Part shown: one piece after another, positions 38,031 to 49,267 of the stretch
Numbering within the stretch: the first letter of the stretch is position 1
How the letters are laid out: every line of letters starts with the position of its first letter
Assembly: GCF_036321535.1 (NCBI RefSeq)
Contig: NC_087437.1
Span: 59,212,001 to 59,276,000 of the forward strand
Origin: Camelus dromedarius
Taxonomy: Eukaryota
Length of the DNA stretch: 64,000 nucleotides
Reading direction: 5' to 3'
Notes under the pieces: generated by a model
What the model was told of the DNA's origin: nothing
What the model saw: only the letters and a program-made list of their open reading frames with translations
Database searches by the model: none
Made by a program: the position numbers and the translations under genes

Positions 38031-38914
38031 TGTTTGATGATAACATCCAGGAGTTCGTGGGAGATGTTTTAGTTGGAGGGGACACCAAAATATAAATCCT
38101 GTGGAAGCATATACTTTGTTTTACCCACTGCTTTCTCCCTCTGCTTAGGAGAGTGCCTGGTACAGAGGAGATACTGAGCCACTACCGGCTGAGTGAATGA
38201 ATACATGCAGAGGCACTGACACATGCTAGAACATGGTGTGTTCTGAAAGAATGAATCATAATGAAAGCCGACTTCTACAGAGACCCATATACATTGGCCT
38301 GTATTATTTTTCATCCTTGCAAGGATGGCAAGGACTATTATTAACCTCTCTCTACAGGTGAAGAAATGGAGGCTTAGAAAGCTTGCCAAAAAGCATAGTG
38401 GTTAGGACTAGAGTCCATATTCCATCAAAAAAGTCTGAGTTTTCTGCTGTAGGAGTTTCACAATTTGGAGCAGTGGAACCAAATAAGACAAAGATGCTCG
38501 TAGACACACACACCCCTAGAGTGAATGGTGAGCAGGACCAGAGGCAGTGGGTGAATGCTTAGTGCCTGATAGCCTGACAGTGGGGCCCACGGCGGGGAAC
38601 AGTTTAGTCTGCCTGGGCAGTCAGGGAAGACTTTACCAGGAGCCATTTGAACTTGGCCTAGAAGGAGAAGGGCACCTACAAATGCCAGGAATCCAGCAAC
38701 TCCTGCTCCACATCCAGTGGTTGTTATTGGAGCATCTGTTTCTCTGGACTGTGAGCACAGAGCCTGATCACACAGGGCAGGACAAACTGACTTGAGTGAA
38801 TTTCCTATTTGAAGATGTTTGCTCTCACCTTTATATATACAAAGGAAAAAAATAAAAACAGCTCAAAGCTCTTTAGAAATCATGACAGCAGTAATAATTC
38901 CTTGCCCTTTAATA

Positions 38915-39160
38915 ATAAAAGCTACCATTTATTGAACATTTACTGTATGCAGGGCACTGGGCTAAGTCATCAGATGCTTTATTGCCTTTAGTTCTCACAA
39001 CAACTCTGTGACGCAGGTACTATTTATCCCTTTCCAGGGATGAGGAAAGCAAGGCTTAGAGAATTTAGGTCTCTTGCCCACAGCCCTGTGCAGTTAGTAG
39101 GTGGAGCTGGGATCTGAACGTGCGGTTGCTGACTCTCCAGCCCATGTATTAACCACTGCG
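38915..39160. mobile_element. MIR SINE, near full length
   Basis: AGCTACCATTTATTGAAC...CTCACAACAACTCTGTGA...GATGAGGAAAGCAAGGCTTAGAGA...TAACCACT. Confidence 0.75.
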
Positions 39161-40244
39161 TCTCACAAGCAGACAGCTAATTAAAGCAACAAGGGTTTTA
39201 CTGCTTTCAATTGGAATAAATGAGAACGTGATCTGAGCATAATAAACTAGAAACCAAGCTTATCATTACATTCATGAACACCTGTCACTGTCAGGTGCTC
39301 CATAAATGCTTGTGAAATGAGGTAGCGTTTAGTTCCAGGAAAAGAAAACCAACCGAGTGTCAAAATGACGTACTTCACCCCTGTAGGAAGCAGATGTAAA
39401 CTCACCGACCACGTGAACAAGCAGAGCAGTGCTTTCCGGGCATGCCCCTGGGGACAGTGGGGATCAGCAACCCTTACCCACCCGCCTCAACCTCGGTCCC
39501 ACTCGCCCTCCTGCCCGCCACTCCCCCGCTCCTCTGCGCTCAGCCCAGACCCCGTTGTAAGGGCTCTGTCAATGGGTGCTGAGATCCTGGAGGGCAGGCT
39601 GTGTTTTCTCTCTCTCAGCCTATCACAGAGTAGATCTACTTTGAAAAGATGCTCTGCGTGAATGGAGTTCAGAGCTCTCTCCCGAACCCCAGAGATCAGA
39701 GATACATATAGTGAGAAACAGATAAGAAAGAACTGGAAGAATTCTGCTTTTCAAATAAAGCAGATGAAGAGAGCAATCCATCCTCTCCCCTAGGAAAAGC
39801 CATCATCACTGGATCCCATGTATTCATTTTATTCATTGATTTCACAAACATTTACCAGTCACCCACCAGGTGCGGGAGGCAGGCCCTGGCATGGAGTTGG
39901 CTGGCTCCTCTGCACCCTCCCTGTACACGCTGAAGAGACCCGTCTCCCGCCCCGCACGGCGCTGAGGGCACAAGGAGGGGCCGACACAGTCCAAGCCCCC
40001 GGGAGCACACGGTGGAGGGGGAAACTGAGGCAAGCAGGCAGTCCCAATTTACAACAGTAAAGGATACTGTTGGCGGGGAGACTGGGAGGTGGGAGAGAGG
40101 GGGAGATAGAGGGATGGAGTGAAGGAGGTGGGAAAGGCGGAGGAGGAGTAAGAAGGGAGAGGAAAACGATCTGGACTCTCCCCAGATCCATGTCTGACAA
40201 TACTCTGGTCACGTTTTAATTAATTGCAAGTTTTTCCCGTTGTC

Positions 40245-41918
40245 TCAAACAAGAGCGCGGTCTCTGATTAATTTCCGAAAGAGCCTGCCGAGTTCAATCA
40301 TAGCAAACATAATGATCCCGGTTATTACGGCCTGAGCCCCTAAAAGCAGAAAATAAAGACCCCAGAACAGGCTACGGTCTTGATGTTTGCCTTCGGGCAT
40401 CGGCTGGGCCCACGCCCCGGACTCGGAGCGATTGGGCCGCAAGGCAGCGCGACCAGGGACAGCGGGCTGGGAGGACCCGAGGGAAGGCGGGCTCCGCGGA
40501 TCCCGGCAAGGATCTCCGGCAGGCAGGGCCCAGAGCGGCAGGCCGGCGCGCGGCCCGGGGCCGTGACACCGCGGCGGCTCGGCTCGACCCACGAGGTTTG
40601 CGTGCCGCCGCAGCCACTCCAGGAAAGGCCACATGCTACAGTCGCAGCGCCAGGGATTGTGCCCCAGCAGAACCTCCGCCAGCCGGGGCAGAGCCTCAAA
40701 CAGGTCGCCAGGCAGGGTCTCCAGCTGGTTGTGGTCGAGCTGGACCACCTCCAGGCTGCTGAGGTTGCGGAAGAGCGCGCGGGGCAGGGTCCGCAGCACG
40801 TTACCGCGCAGCGACAGGTGGCGCAGCCGGCCGAGGCCGCGCAGCAAGCCCGCGGGGAGAGAGGCCAGGCCGGTGGAGCGCAGGGCGAGCACCCGCAGCT
40901 CGCCCAGGCCCTGAAAGGCGTCCTCCGGAAGCGCGCTCAGCTGCGGGCTCAGTGTCACCCCCAGGGTCCCTAGGCCGCTCAGGTTGCGGAAGGCGGCGCT
41001 GGGCAGGGTGCGCAGCCGGGTGCCATTCAGCCACAGCTCCCTCAGGCCGCCCATCTCCCCGAAGAGTACCTTCGGGAGTTCCTCCAGCGGGTTCTCGAAC
41101 AGAGTCAGGAGGGTCAAATTGTGCAAATGAAGAAAGAGGGCGGAGGGCAGAAAATCGAGACAGTTTCTGGAAAGAGTCAAAGAGCTCAGGCTTCGCAGCC
41201 GGTCGAAGGCGCCGGGTGCGACGAAACGGATGTGATTTCTGTCCAGCTGCAGCTCCATCAGGGCGCGCAGGCTGTCCATCAGCCCCGAATCCAGAGAGAC
41301 GAGATGGTTCGAGTGGAGCAGAAGTTTCTCAAGGTTAACCTGGGCCCCAAACAATTCCCTGGGCAGATGCGTCAAATTGTTTTCCGATAAATCCAACAAT
41401 TTCAGGTTCCTCAGGCGTGTGAAGAGGCTAGCAGGGAGGAAAGCGAGTTGGTTTTGGTTCAAAAAGAGCTCCTGCAGGTTAACCAGTTTCTGAAACATGT
41501 TTTGGTCAAGGCCCTTGAGTTCATTGCCGTCCAAAAATAGCTGTTCCAGGAGCACCAGCTTATCCAATAACGCACCTGGAAGGTGAGGGATCTTGTTGCG
41601 CGACAACCTCAGAGTTTTAAGATTTATCAGGTCGTTGAAAGTGCCGGGTGCAACGGCGGAAACGTGGCTGTCGGACAGCATGAGGCGCTGCAGGACCGTC
41701 ATGCCGCTGAAGCTGTCGTTCTGCAAGGCGCCGCGGCCCATTTGGAAGAGCAAGATGTGCGTGAGGTTGGTGGGCAGGCCGAGCCCGGCGATGCGCTCCA
41801 CGCTGCCCGGCGAGCACTGCGCCGCGTCGCCGAAGACACACTTGCAGGCGGGTGGGCAGGGGAAGGGCTGCACGCGCAGGAGCCCGAGCGCCGCGCACAG
41901 CAGAGCGCTCCTCAGCAT
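40245..41918 (-). CDS. GP5: Platelet glycoprotein V (GPV/CD42d), 557 aa, single coding exon
   Basis: Starts [27 protein letters not shown]. Then ~15 LRRs, LRRCT NPWRCDC, DPR/S thrombin-type site, TM segment [24 protein letters not shown] and tail [12 protein letters not shown]. Confidence 0.97.
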   Translation of the reverse strand: MLRSALLCAALGLLRVQPFPCPPACKCVFGDAAQCSPGSVERIAGLGLPTNLTHILLFQMGRGALQNDSFSGMTVLQRLMLSDSHVSAVAPGTFNDLINLKTLRLSRNKIPHLPGALLDKLVLLEQLFLDGNELKGLDQNMFQKLVNLQELFLNQNQLAFLPASLFTRLRNLKLLDLSENNLTHLPRELFGAQVNLEKLLLHSNHLVSLDSGLMDSLRALMELQLDRNHIRFVAPGAFDRLRSLSSLTLSRNCLDFLPSALFLHLHNLTLLTLFENPLEELPKVLFGEMGGLRELWLNGTRLRTLPSAAFRNLSGLGTLGVTLSPQLSALPEDAFQGLGELRVLALRSTGLASLPAGLLRGLGRLRHLSLRGNVLRTLPRALFRNLSSLEVVQLDHNQLETLPGDLFEALPRLAEVLLGHNPWRCDCSMWPFLEWLRRHANLVGRAEPPRCHGPGPRAGLPLWALPAGDPCRDPRSPPSLGSSQPAVPGRAALRPNRSESGAWAQPMPEGKHQDRSLFWGLYFLLLGAQAVITGIIMFAMIELGRLFRKLIRDRALV

Positions 41919-41920
41919 GT
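40380..41920. other. GP5: Intragenic CpG island over the GP5 coding exon
   Basis: Very dense CpG at ~40380-41300 and ~41640-41920. Confidence 0.8.
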
Positions 41921-42926
41921 TTGAAACCAGGCGACAGTGACAGATCTGTGGGCAGCACACAAAAGAGCAAAGGCTCGAATTTCGATCTCGTAACCCTGCA
42001 GAGGCATGATCCTTTCGCCAGGATTATCACTGACTTTGAATGTTACCCAGACACACAAGTACGTCTCCTCTTACGAGTGCTGATTTTCGTCGGTGGTGAA
42101 AAGACGTTCATTCTACACTATGGGAGTCTCATTCTTCTGTTTTACTGATTTTCCACTCTCAGTTCAAAGTATTGAAATTAAAGCATTTCAAACTATACAA
42201 AAGTCAATACCCTTACACCTTTACATAAAGAGAATGAATTCAGCTAATCTTCCCCACAATCAAGCTCACAGGCATCACAGAGCTGTGCCCATTGTGAAAA
42301 GAGCCCTGCTTCTCTGACTTTATAAGTTAGCCCGAGGTGGCTATAACATACAGTCATGAAGGGAACAGCCAAGTCTGTTAAAACAGCAGCAATCACCATC
42401 TGATTCCTTTTATCACAATCATGCTGAATCTGCAGTACCTACTTCACTAAAACAGGGACACACCAAAACAGTGAACACCCTGTTAGCTACACTGAGAAAA
42501 GTAGGTAATAATACCTATCACTTAATGCCACGTATTGTTCTTAGCACTTTATTTAAACTAATTCATTTAATCCTTTCAACAGCCCTATGAGGTAGGTGAT
42601 GTTATCCCCAATTAAAGGATGATGAGAGTAAGGCACAGAAAGGTTAAGTAACTTAACCAGAGTCACAGAGCTGGAATTTGAGAGTAGTATTTCTGATTGA
42701 GCCATAAGCAGAGTTGTCATTTCTAAGATGCTTAATTAAAAATTAGTAATCATGGCATTGAATTATCTGTCAACTTCACACAGTAATACTAATCTGCCAA
42801 AACAATGTTTCCTAAACGTAATTTTACACTAATTGCTTCTTGTACTAAATTCTATTTCTTATGCACACACAGACTAAACTGAGCCCTCCAGTTGCCCATA
42901 CTAAATTTTAAAATATTTAGCCTTAC

Positions 42927-42954
42927 CTGAAATGGTGCTGCACCCAAAGCAACT
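42927..42954 (-). other. GP5: GP5 non-coding exon 1
   Basis: Inr-like TCAGTT, then ...GTGCAGCACCATTTCAG|GTAAGG (donor at 42927/42926). Resembles the human GP5 5'UTR as I recall it. Confidence 0.85.
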
Positions 42955-42984
42955 GAAAGGCTTAGAGCTTTGCGTGTGATTCTG

Positions 42985-43295
42985 CACTTTTTAAAGGAAG
43001 AGGGAGGTAGCCTTGCATCCTGAGGATAAAGACCTTCCCAGAATAAAAGTCTTGGAAAGAACCCTATCTCAGAGGGCATATTCTGGTTTTCAATGACACA
43101 TATCTTCCAACTTTGAAAAAGAGATCATATTTAACCTGAATCCTACTGCCAAAGCTGAATGATAAAAGTAGGAGGGAGAGAAATTGCACAATATGACTCT
43201 CCCCAGAAGCGAAAACTGGACACAGAAGTTGCAGGAGTAACGCAGCTGGATCACTGCAGCAGCCATGCCCCTGTTTGGGCCACACTTCCTTTGAG
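42985..43295 (-). promoter_or_regulatory. GP5: GP5 megakaryocyte-type promoter (Ets, GATA, STAT motifs)
   Basis: GGAA 42996-42999 (~-42), GATA 43025-43028 (~-71), TTCCCAGAA 43035-43043, CTATCT 43064-43069, TGATAA 43160-43165, CACTTCCT 43283-43290. Confidence 0.75.
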
Positions 43296-44602
43296 TCTTC
43301 CTTTTCATGCCACATTGCTCCCATTCTAATCTAGGTCCCCTCTCCCCCTTTTAGGAATAGTAAGGCTAAGAACATTCTCAGATGCTCCAGAGGACTGGGA
43401 GGAGGTACTCTGGGATCATCAGAGTAAGACTTCAAGTCAAATTCCAGTGAAACTTTAGTCTATTTCCCCAGAAGACCTCCAATGACAATTATCTCCAAGT
43501 TTTATTCTTTGAATAGAAGACATTACGATGGCCCAAAAAGGGAAAGCCGGGCACAGAAGTTGCAGACAGTGGAGGAACACTGGGAATTCATCCACTGAAC
43601 AGACTGATGAGGTATTGAGAAGTACTTTGAGCAATGAAGTTGATGGCTCCAGTGTTTCAAGCCCTTTGGATTCTGGATCCATGAAACAGGTCGGGAATCT
43701 ACGGCCCTAAGTGGCATCTTCTGTTTCAAAGTCATAGAACACTGGCCTACAGGATTTGGCCATGCAGAAGCAGGTATCTGCTCAGATGAGAGATGCTTTT
43801 CTTCCTTCATAGGGGAGACACCGAGGCTGGGGCACAGTGGGACTCCCTCTGTACTTGTGGAGTAATCACAACCCCGTCAAACAGGGACAGTCTCATTCAA
43901 ATTCCTAGAACTCCCCGTGCCCTTCCTTGTAATATATACCCATAATAAAGCACTTGGCAGTTCACAGGGGAAGAGCTTGAAGAACTGTGCCACCACCGGC
44001 AGGCTGTAAGGACACAATCATTTGCTACACAATCCATAGTGAGTGGGAAGAACTTGGGCTCAAACTAGAGTTCACACCACCCAACCCATCCACATGGCCC
44101 GCAGCAGGACATGTGCCTCCTGCAGAACTTGATACAAGGAAACACTTCCTACCCAAGCTGGAGGCCCAGCACACCCTGCCCTCTGGGGTTCCTACAGCCA
44201 GTAGTCAGCTCCACGGTTTCTCTCTCCGTGGAGTGCCTTTTGCACCCACGGACACTTTACCTCAGACTTAACTACGGCTCGCATGGCATTAGCTTTTGGT
44301 TTGATCTTCCCAACTGTTAATAGATAAGTCCTAGTCTTCTATTTCACCATTTCCCTCAGACCTCCTGACACTTACATTTGAGTGATGCGCTTCCAGGAGA
44401 TGGTCACAGACATGATGTGATGATATGTGGAAATTGTATTTATTTTTGTGAAAAACTTGAAGTTAAAAAAAAAAAACAGGAAATGGGAGAAGTATTAAGC
44501 AGGAAAGTTAAGTCTAGAGAGGGTAATGTTCATGTAATTAGAAAGTAAACAAACGGATAAAGACACAGAAAAAAAAGAAATGTTATATCATTCACTTAAA
44601 TC

Positions 44603-44608
44603 TTTATT
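44603..44608 (-). terminator. ATP13A3: ATP13A3 distal polyadenylation signal
   Basis: AATAAA on -, followed by a U/GU-rich downstream element (TTTCTTTTTTTCTGTGTC). Confidence 0.75.
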
Positions 44609-46717
44609 TTGAACAGCTTCAATCAAAAAATTTCATAAGGTTATTTACAGTGCTGAATGTATACTTCTCAATGTATGCCTTTTTGACATCAGGGTACCAT
44701 TCTTGAGCAGCAATACAATTTTAAAAATATAAAGATGCAGTATCATTTCTGATATAAAGTTACTTAAAAAAAATCCAAAGTCTTAGGGAATTCACAAATC
44801 ATAACAGGAAGTAACTATTTTATTAATGTGCACATAATTACCAAATCTTAATACATTAAAAATATGTGTAAATGCCCACAGACTGTACAAAAATTAACAT
44901 TTTGTTAAAAGTTCCCAACCGCCTCCCACCATAAATATACAAAAACCTACTTTCAGATATGTCAAAACTACATGCATGAAATCTTAGAATGTTTTCTGAA
45001 GCTTAAATTTTGCTCTTCTCTGGACATTGGATCCATAGCCTTTGGGGAACAGAATACATAAATGCTGATATAATTCACCATGCCTTTGAAACTGTGCAGT
45101 ATTTTCATAAACATGGGAAACAAAACAAACAGTAAAAATTGCAAGAGTTTGGTTTAAACACAAGTACAATTTGGAAAGCTTTCGAATGTAAGGATTATAA
45201 AACTAATATAAAAAGTATTTATTTTGTTGTTGGCTTAGCCACTTTTATTCAAGCATTATTTGCAGCATTGCTTTACAGCAGTTGGTGCTAGAAGATATAA
45301 AACATATAGTTACCACTATTTATATTTGAGGGAGGAAAAAAACTTTAAACAACCCTGAGGGAGACACACATTAAAAATCTTGTTATTTATTTAAAAAGTT
45401 AAAAAGTTACATATTATTTAACAATTACTTTCCTGGACATTTTTGTCCTTTAAGTATGTGCATAAATAAAATTTAAATCAGCAATATTTATTACTCTTAA
45501 TACATCAAAATAATATATGTACAGATTTTTAAATTTAGGTCTGTATACACTCAAATAATTTACTGTGAAATTCAGAATCAAAATTACTATGTAATGGTGA
45601 CCTACTGAGAGAAGACTCATCTACCTATGGCACTGAGTAGGACACACATCTGGATTCACAGACATTCTTCAAATAACATTCAGGAAGCCATCAATTACAA
45701 CCTGAACAACCCACCGTGTCTATTTTCAAATCTAACCTTCTACAAGTGCTTTTCCCACCTATCTAAAAACCTCATTCCTTTGAAAAACAATATGGACAGA
45801 TGTGATATAAAACCCTTATAAAATCTAAATGTTAAAAAAGGGGGGAGGGTGTCAAAAATATAGTTCTTTATGATCATGCTCTTAAAGATGTTAAATACAA
45901 TCTGATAGTTGATTTTTAAGCTGCTACTTAGCAATTACTTTAATTATATGCTTCAGTATTTAAATGAAAGAAAAACTTTACAATTCTGGGAGATCACTGA
46001 AGACTCACACTTGCATGTACTGGAAATGAATGTGGAAATTATAAAATGATCAAGAGAATATAGAAAACAGTGCTAATTCACAGCTCAAGAGGTCTAAATG
46101 CATAGCTTCATTGAATCATTCCTGGAATAACTGTTCTTATCAGCTAATATATATTAATATAGTATCATACTTTCTGATGGAAAACTTCGATTGTATTTTT
46201 GTCAGAATCAGCAGTGGCTGTAGCAATAACAGTGATCCTGAGTGTAACTTACATTTTTCTACAGGTACCAAACATCATCAGGTCTCTGCAGCATAAAAAA
46301 CGAGAACCCTTTGGTTCTACGGTTCTGGATAACATTTGATCAAATTGGTAAATATATATCAAGAAAATAATGATCAGCTGGATGTGGAAAGCACAGGCAT
46401 GCTACTGGTTAACAACGAACAAAGGATAAGATCACACAGTCTTAGTAGTTTAGTGTCCATTTTACAGCAATATCAGTTTTCTTTGGGCTTTGCCAAACTG
46501 CTGGATCTTACCTATAAAGGTATTTATAAATTATCTTAATTTTGTTTAGAATTTAAACATTTCCCAGGCAAAAAAGAAACGTGAAAAATATCTTCCACAT
46601 TTCTTTTGGCTCAATGAACTTTTTAACTTTGTTTCAATTTCTTTTTCTCCCAGAAATTTCCATAACCAACATGCTCATTCATAAACATCCAATTCAAAAT
46701 ACGGTGACTCTGACCTC

Positions 46718-46736
46718 TGGCGCCACCTAATGGCAT
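46718..46736 (-). promoter_or_regulatory. Candidate CTCF site
   Basis: TGCCATTAGGTGGCGCCA on -; one mismatch to CCASYAGRKGGCRS. Confidence 0.5.
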
Positions 46737-47815
46737 AAAACAAACTCACCGGGTTCATATTGCTTTGAAAAAATAGCATTCAAAATCACTCATTTTTTAA
46801 GCCTCATTATGGATAGGAGAGACATACGTCAAACCTTTACAAATTTGGGAGGTAAAATTCTAACTCAAAAAACTAAAAAAAAAAAAAACCCAAAACAACT
46901 CACTATTACCTTTAGGTAATTAAAGACATAGAAGAAAATAAAAAGACATTTAAAATAATATAAAACCTGAGAGGGAAAGAACAGATAAGAAAAGATATTA
47001 GAAGGATAGATCTATAACTACTGCCAAGAGAAATCAGCCTTTTTCCTACTGAAAAGGTTCTACAATATTTAACTAAAGCAAATTACACTACTGACACCAG
47101 ACATAGCACAAGATCCATTTAATAGCTTTGAGGGACATCTCAAGAAGGCAGTGAAGCACCTTGCTGATTAGAAAAATAAAACCCAGGCAGTTTTACAGAA
47201 AATATAAACTCATAAATGGAAATTACCTGAGTTGTTCTATAAGCAACACCATAAAACTCACCCCTAAGCCTAGGCTACCAAAGGGAACTGATGCATGTAC
47301 ACCGAGTTTTCTTCGGGAGAAATATTGAAATCCAATGAAAATAGGCTTTCTACCCACTTTTCAGTGGAGACTAATTAACACCTACTTTATTTATCAATCA
47401 CAAATTTAGGACCTGTATATAAATGATGACTTCTTTTAATAAGGGGGCTGTGAAAATAAATGTAAAGGCATAAACTCAGTCTTAGAAGCTAATGTCTAAA
47501 AATCTTCCAAATACCAACTTTCTTCTGTACCCTATAATTATTACTGAGGGTAACAAGCAAGAAAATTCTGGAAATATGTATAACATTTAGAGTTACTGAG
47601 TGACGGTATAAGACTTTATAGATTGATTATTAATTTAACTGACAGGCGAACCTCCTTTTGTTTCGTTTAAAAAAAAAAAAGCTCTCAAATCAGCTACTGT
47701 ATTGGAAGGGACATAAACTGAAAGAGTGCCACTCTGACACGTAGAATCAGATAAAGCCCCACATTTATATTCTCCTCAAAACTGCTGCTGGAAGACCGCT
47801 GGGACGGATGCACTG

Positions 47816-48013
<198 letters not shown>

Positions 48014-49041
48014 CTAAGAAAATAAGGAAAAAGAAGAACATCCTGGTAGATTAAGAGCTGCTGTTTTTAACTAGTTTGTTAAAGCACAGTTCATCAGCAC
48101 AGAAAAATAAGAGGAAATGACTGCTGAGCACAACAAACACATGAAGAAAAGTCCATGTTAAAAAAAAAGTCAGCTTTCAATTATTTAGGAACACTTTTTT
48201 AAGATTATATTTTTAAATTATCCATGCAATTTACTTCATTTTATTTAGTTCCATGTACCTGTCTCCTCTTGTATACAGCTACATTCTTAAGATAACCTGC
48301 GTATCTGGAGTCTGTGATTCTATAACATAAAACATCTAATGCATTAAGAATAACTTTACTCAGAAAGAGAAAACATTTTTAATATTTAATGTGAAAACCC
48401 TCATATTCTATCCCAAACTATCTTTTGGTTCCATTGCTTCTAGCAACCTAAGCACCTGATCGGTGTACAAATACCATTGTTATTGTTAATATCACCTTTC
48501 AAAGCATTATGTAAATACTGTTAGGTCAAAATCAGAACTCAGATTATGCTTAATGTCATTTACTTATTTTAAAACCACATTCAACAGAAAAACAATTTTA
48601 TTTCATAATGATGGTTTCCCCTTGGTGCTCCACAACTGGAAAGAGGCACATAGAAAGGCATAAAGCAAGTACTACTTCTTGGTATTATTTTATTGTAAAA
48701 AGCTCCACTGTCACGGAAATCCTTCTAATCAACCCTGTTTTTAATGAATGTGATCTCAGATAAACAGTTCTTGGAGAACAAGTAAGCAGAGTCCCTGGTT
48801 ATTGTACAAAAATGTAAATTCAATATAAACCTCCAGAATATGTCTTAACTGAAGTTGGAAATAAATGAAATAAAACTAAATGACTATCCTGAGACCTGTA
48901 GCTATATTCACCTCTGAAGAACAGTCAATTTTTAATTATTTTGGCTGTTGCTCCTCAAAAGCAAAATTTCAATCCCAGGTTGTTTTGTTTTGCCATCAAC
49001 ATATAATCCAGGCTGCAACCAGGTCAGATCTCAAGGATGTA

Positions 49042-49267
49042 AAGCTGACCCTTTAACAACACTGGTCAACCATGCAGGTTCACTTATACACGGATTGTTT
49101 TTTTATAAGTAGTAAATACTACAGTATTACATGATCCACGATTGGTTGAATTCACAAATGTGGAGGAACTCCATATCGAGGGCCCATAAATTATATAAAT
49201 TAGAGTGGATTTTTGACCGCAGGGAGAGTCAGCAACCCGAACCCTGGCACTGTTCAAGCGTCAACTG
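49042..49267. mobile_element. Tigger2-family MITE (TcMar-Tigger)
   Basis: TIRs AAGCTGACCCTTTAACA / TGTTCAAGCGTCAACTG, with TA on both flanks. Confidence 0.75.

Larger units (their letters stand above)
44585..47815 (-). other. ATP13A3: ATP13A3 AU-rich 3'UTR (~3.2 kb)
   Basis: AT-rich, apparently repeat-free stretch from the stop codon to the AATAAA. Confidence 0.8.

Noticed and set aside
38928..40220. GP5 poly(A) signal candidates (ATTAAA 40220-40215; AATAAA near 39830, 38980 and 38930)
   Set aside because: Several candidates, mostly inside repeat remnants. The sequence alone cannot identify which is used.
41919..41960. 14-aa GTG-initiated extension of GP5
   Set aside because: Non-ATG start inside the intron's pyrimidine tract. 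The signal peptide begins at 41918.
43221..43565. 14-bp direct repeat CACAGAAGTTGCAG at 43221 and 43552, upstream of GP5
   Set aside because: Short, with no extended similarity or recognisable motif.
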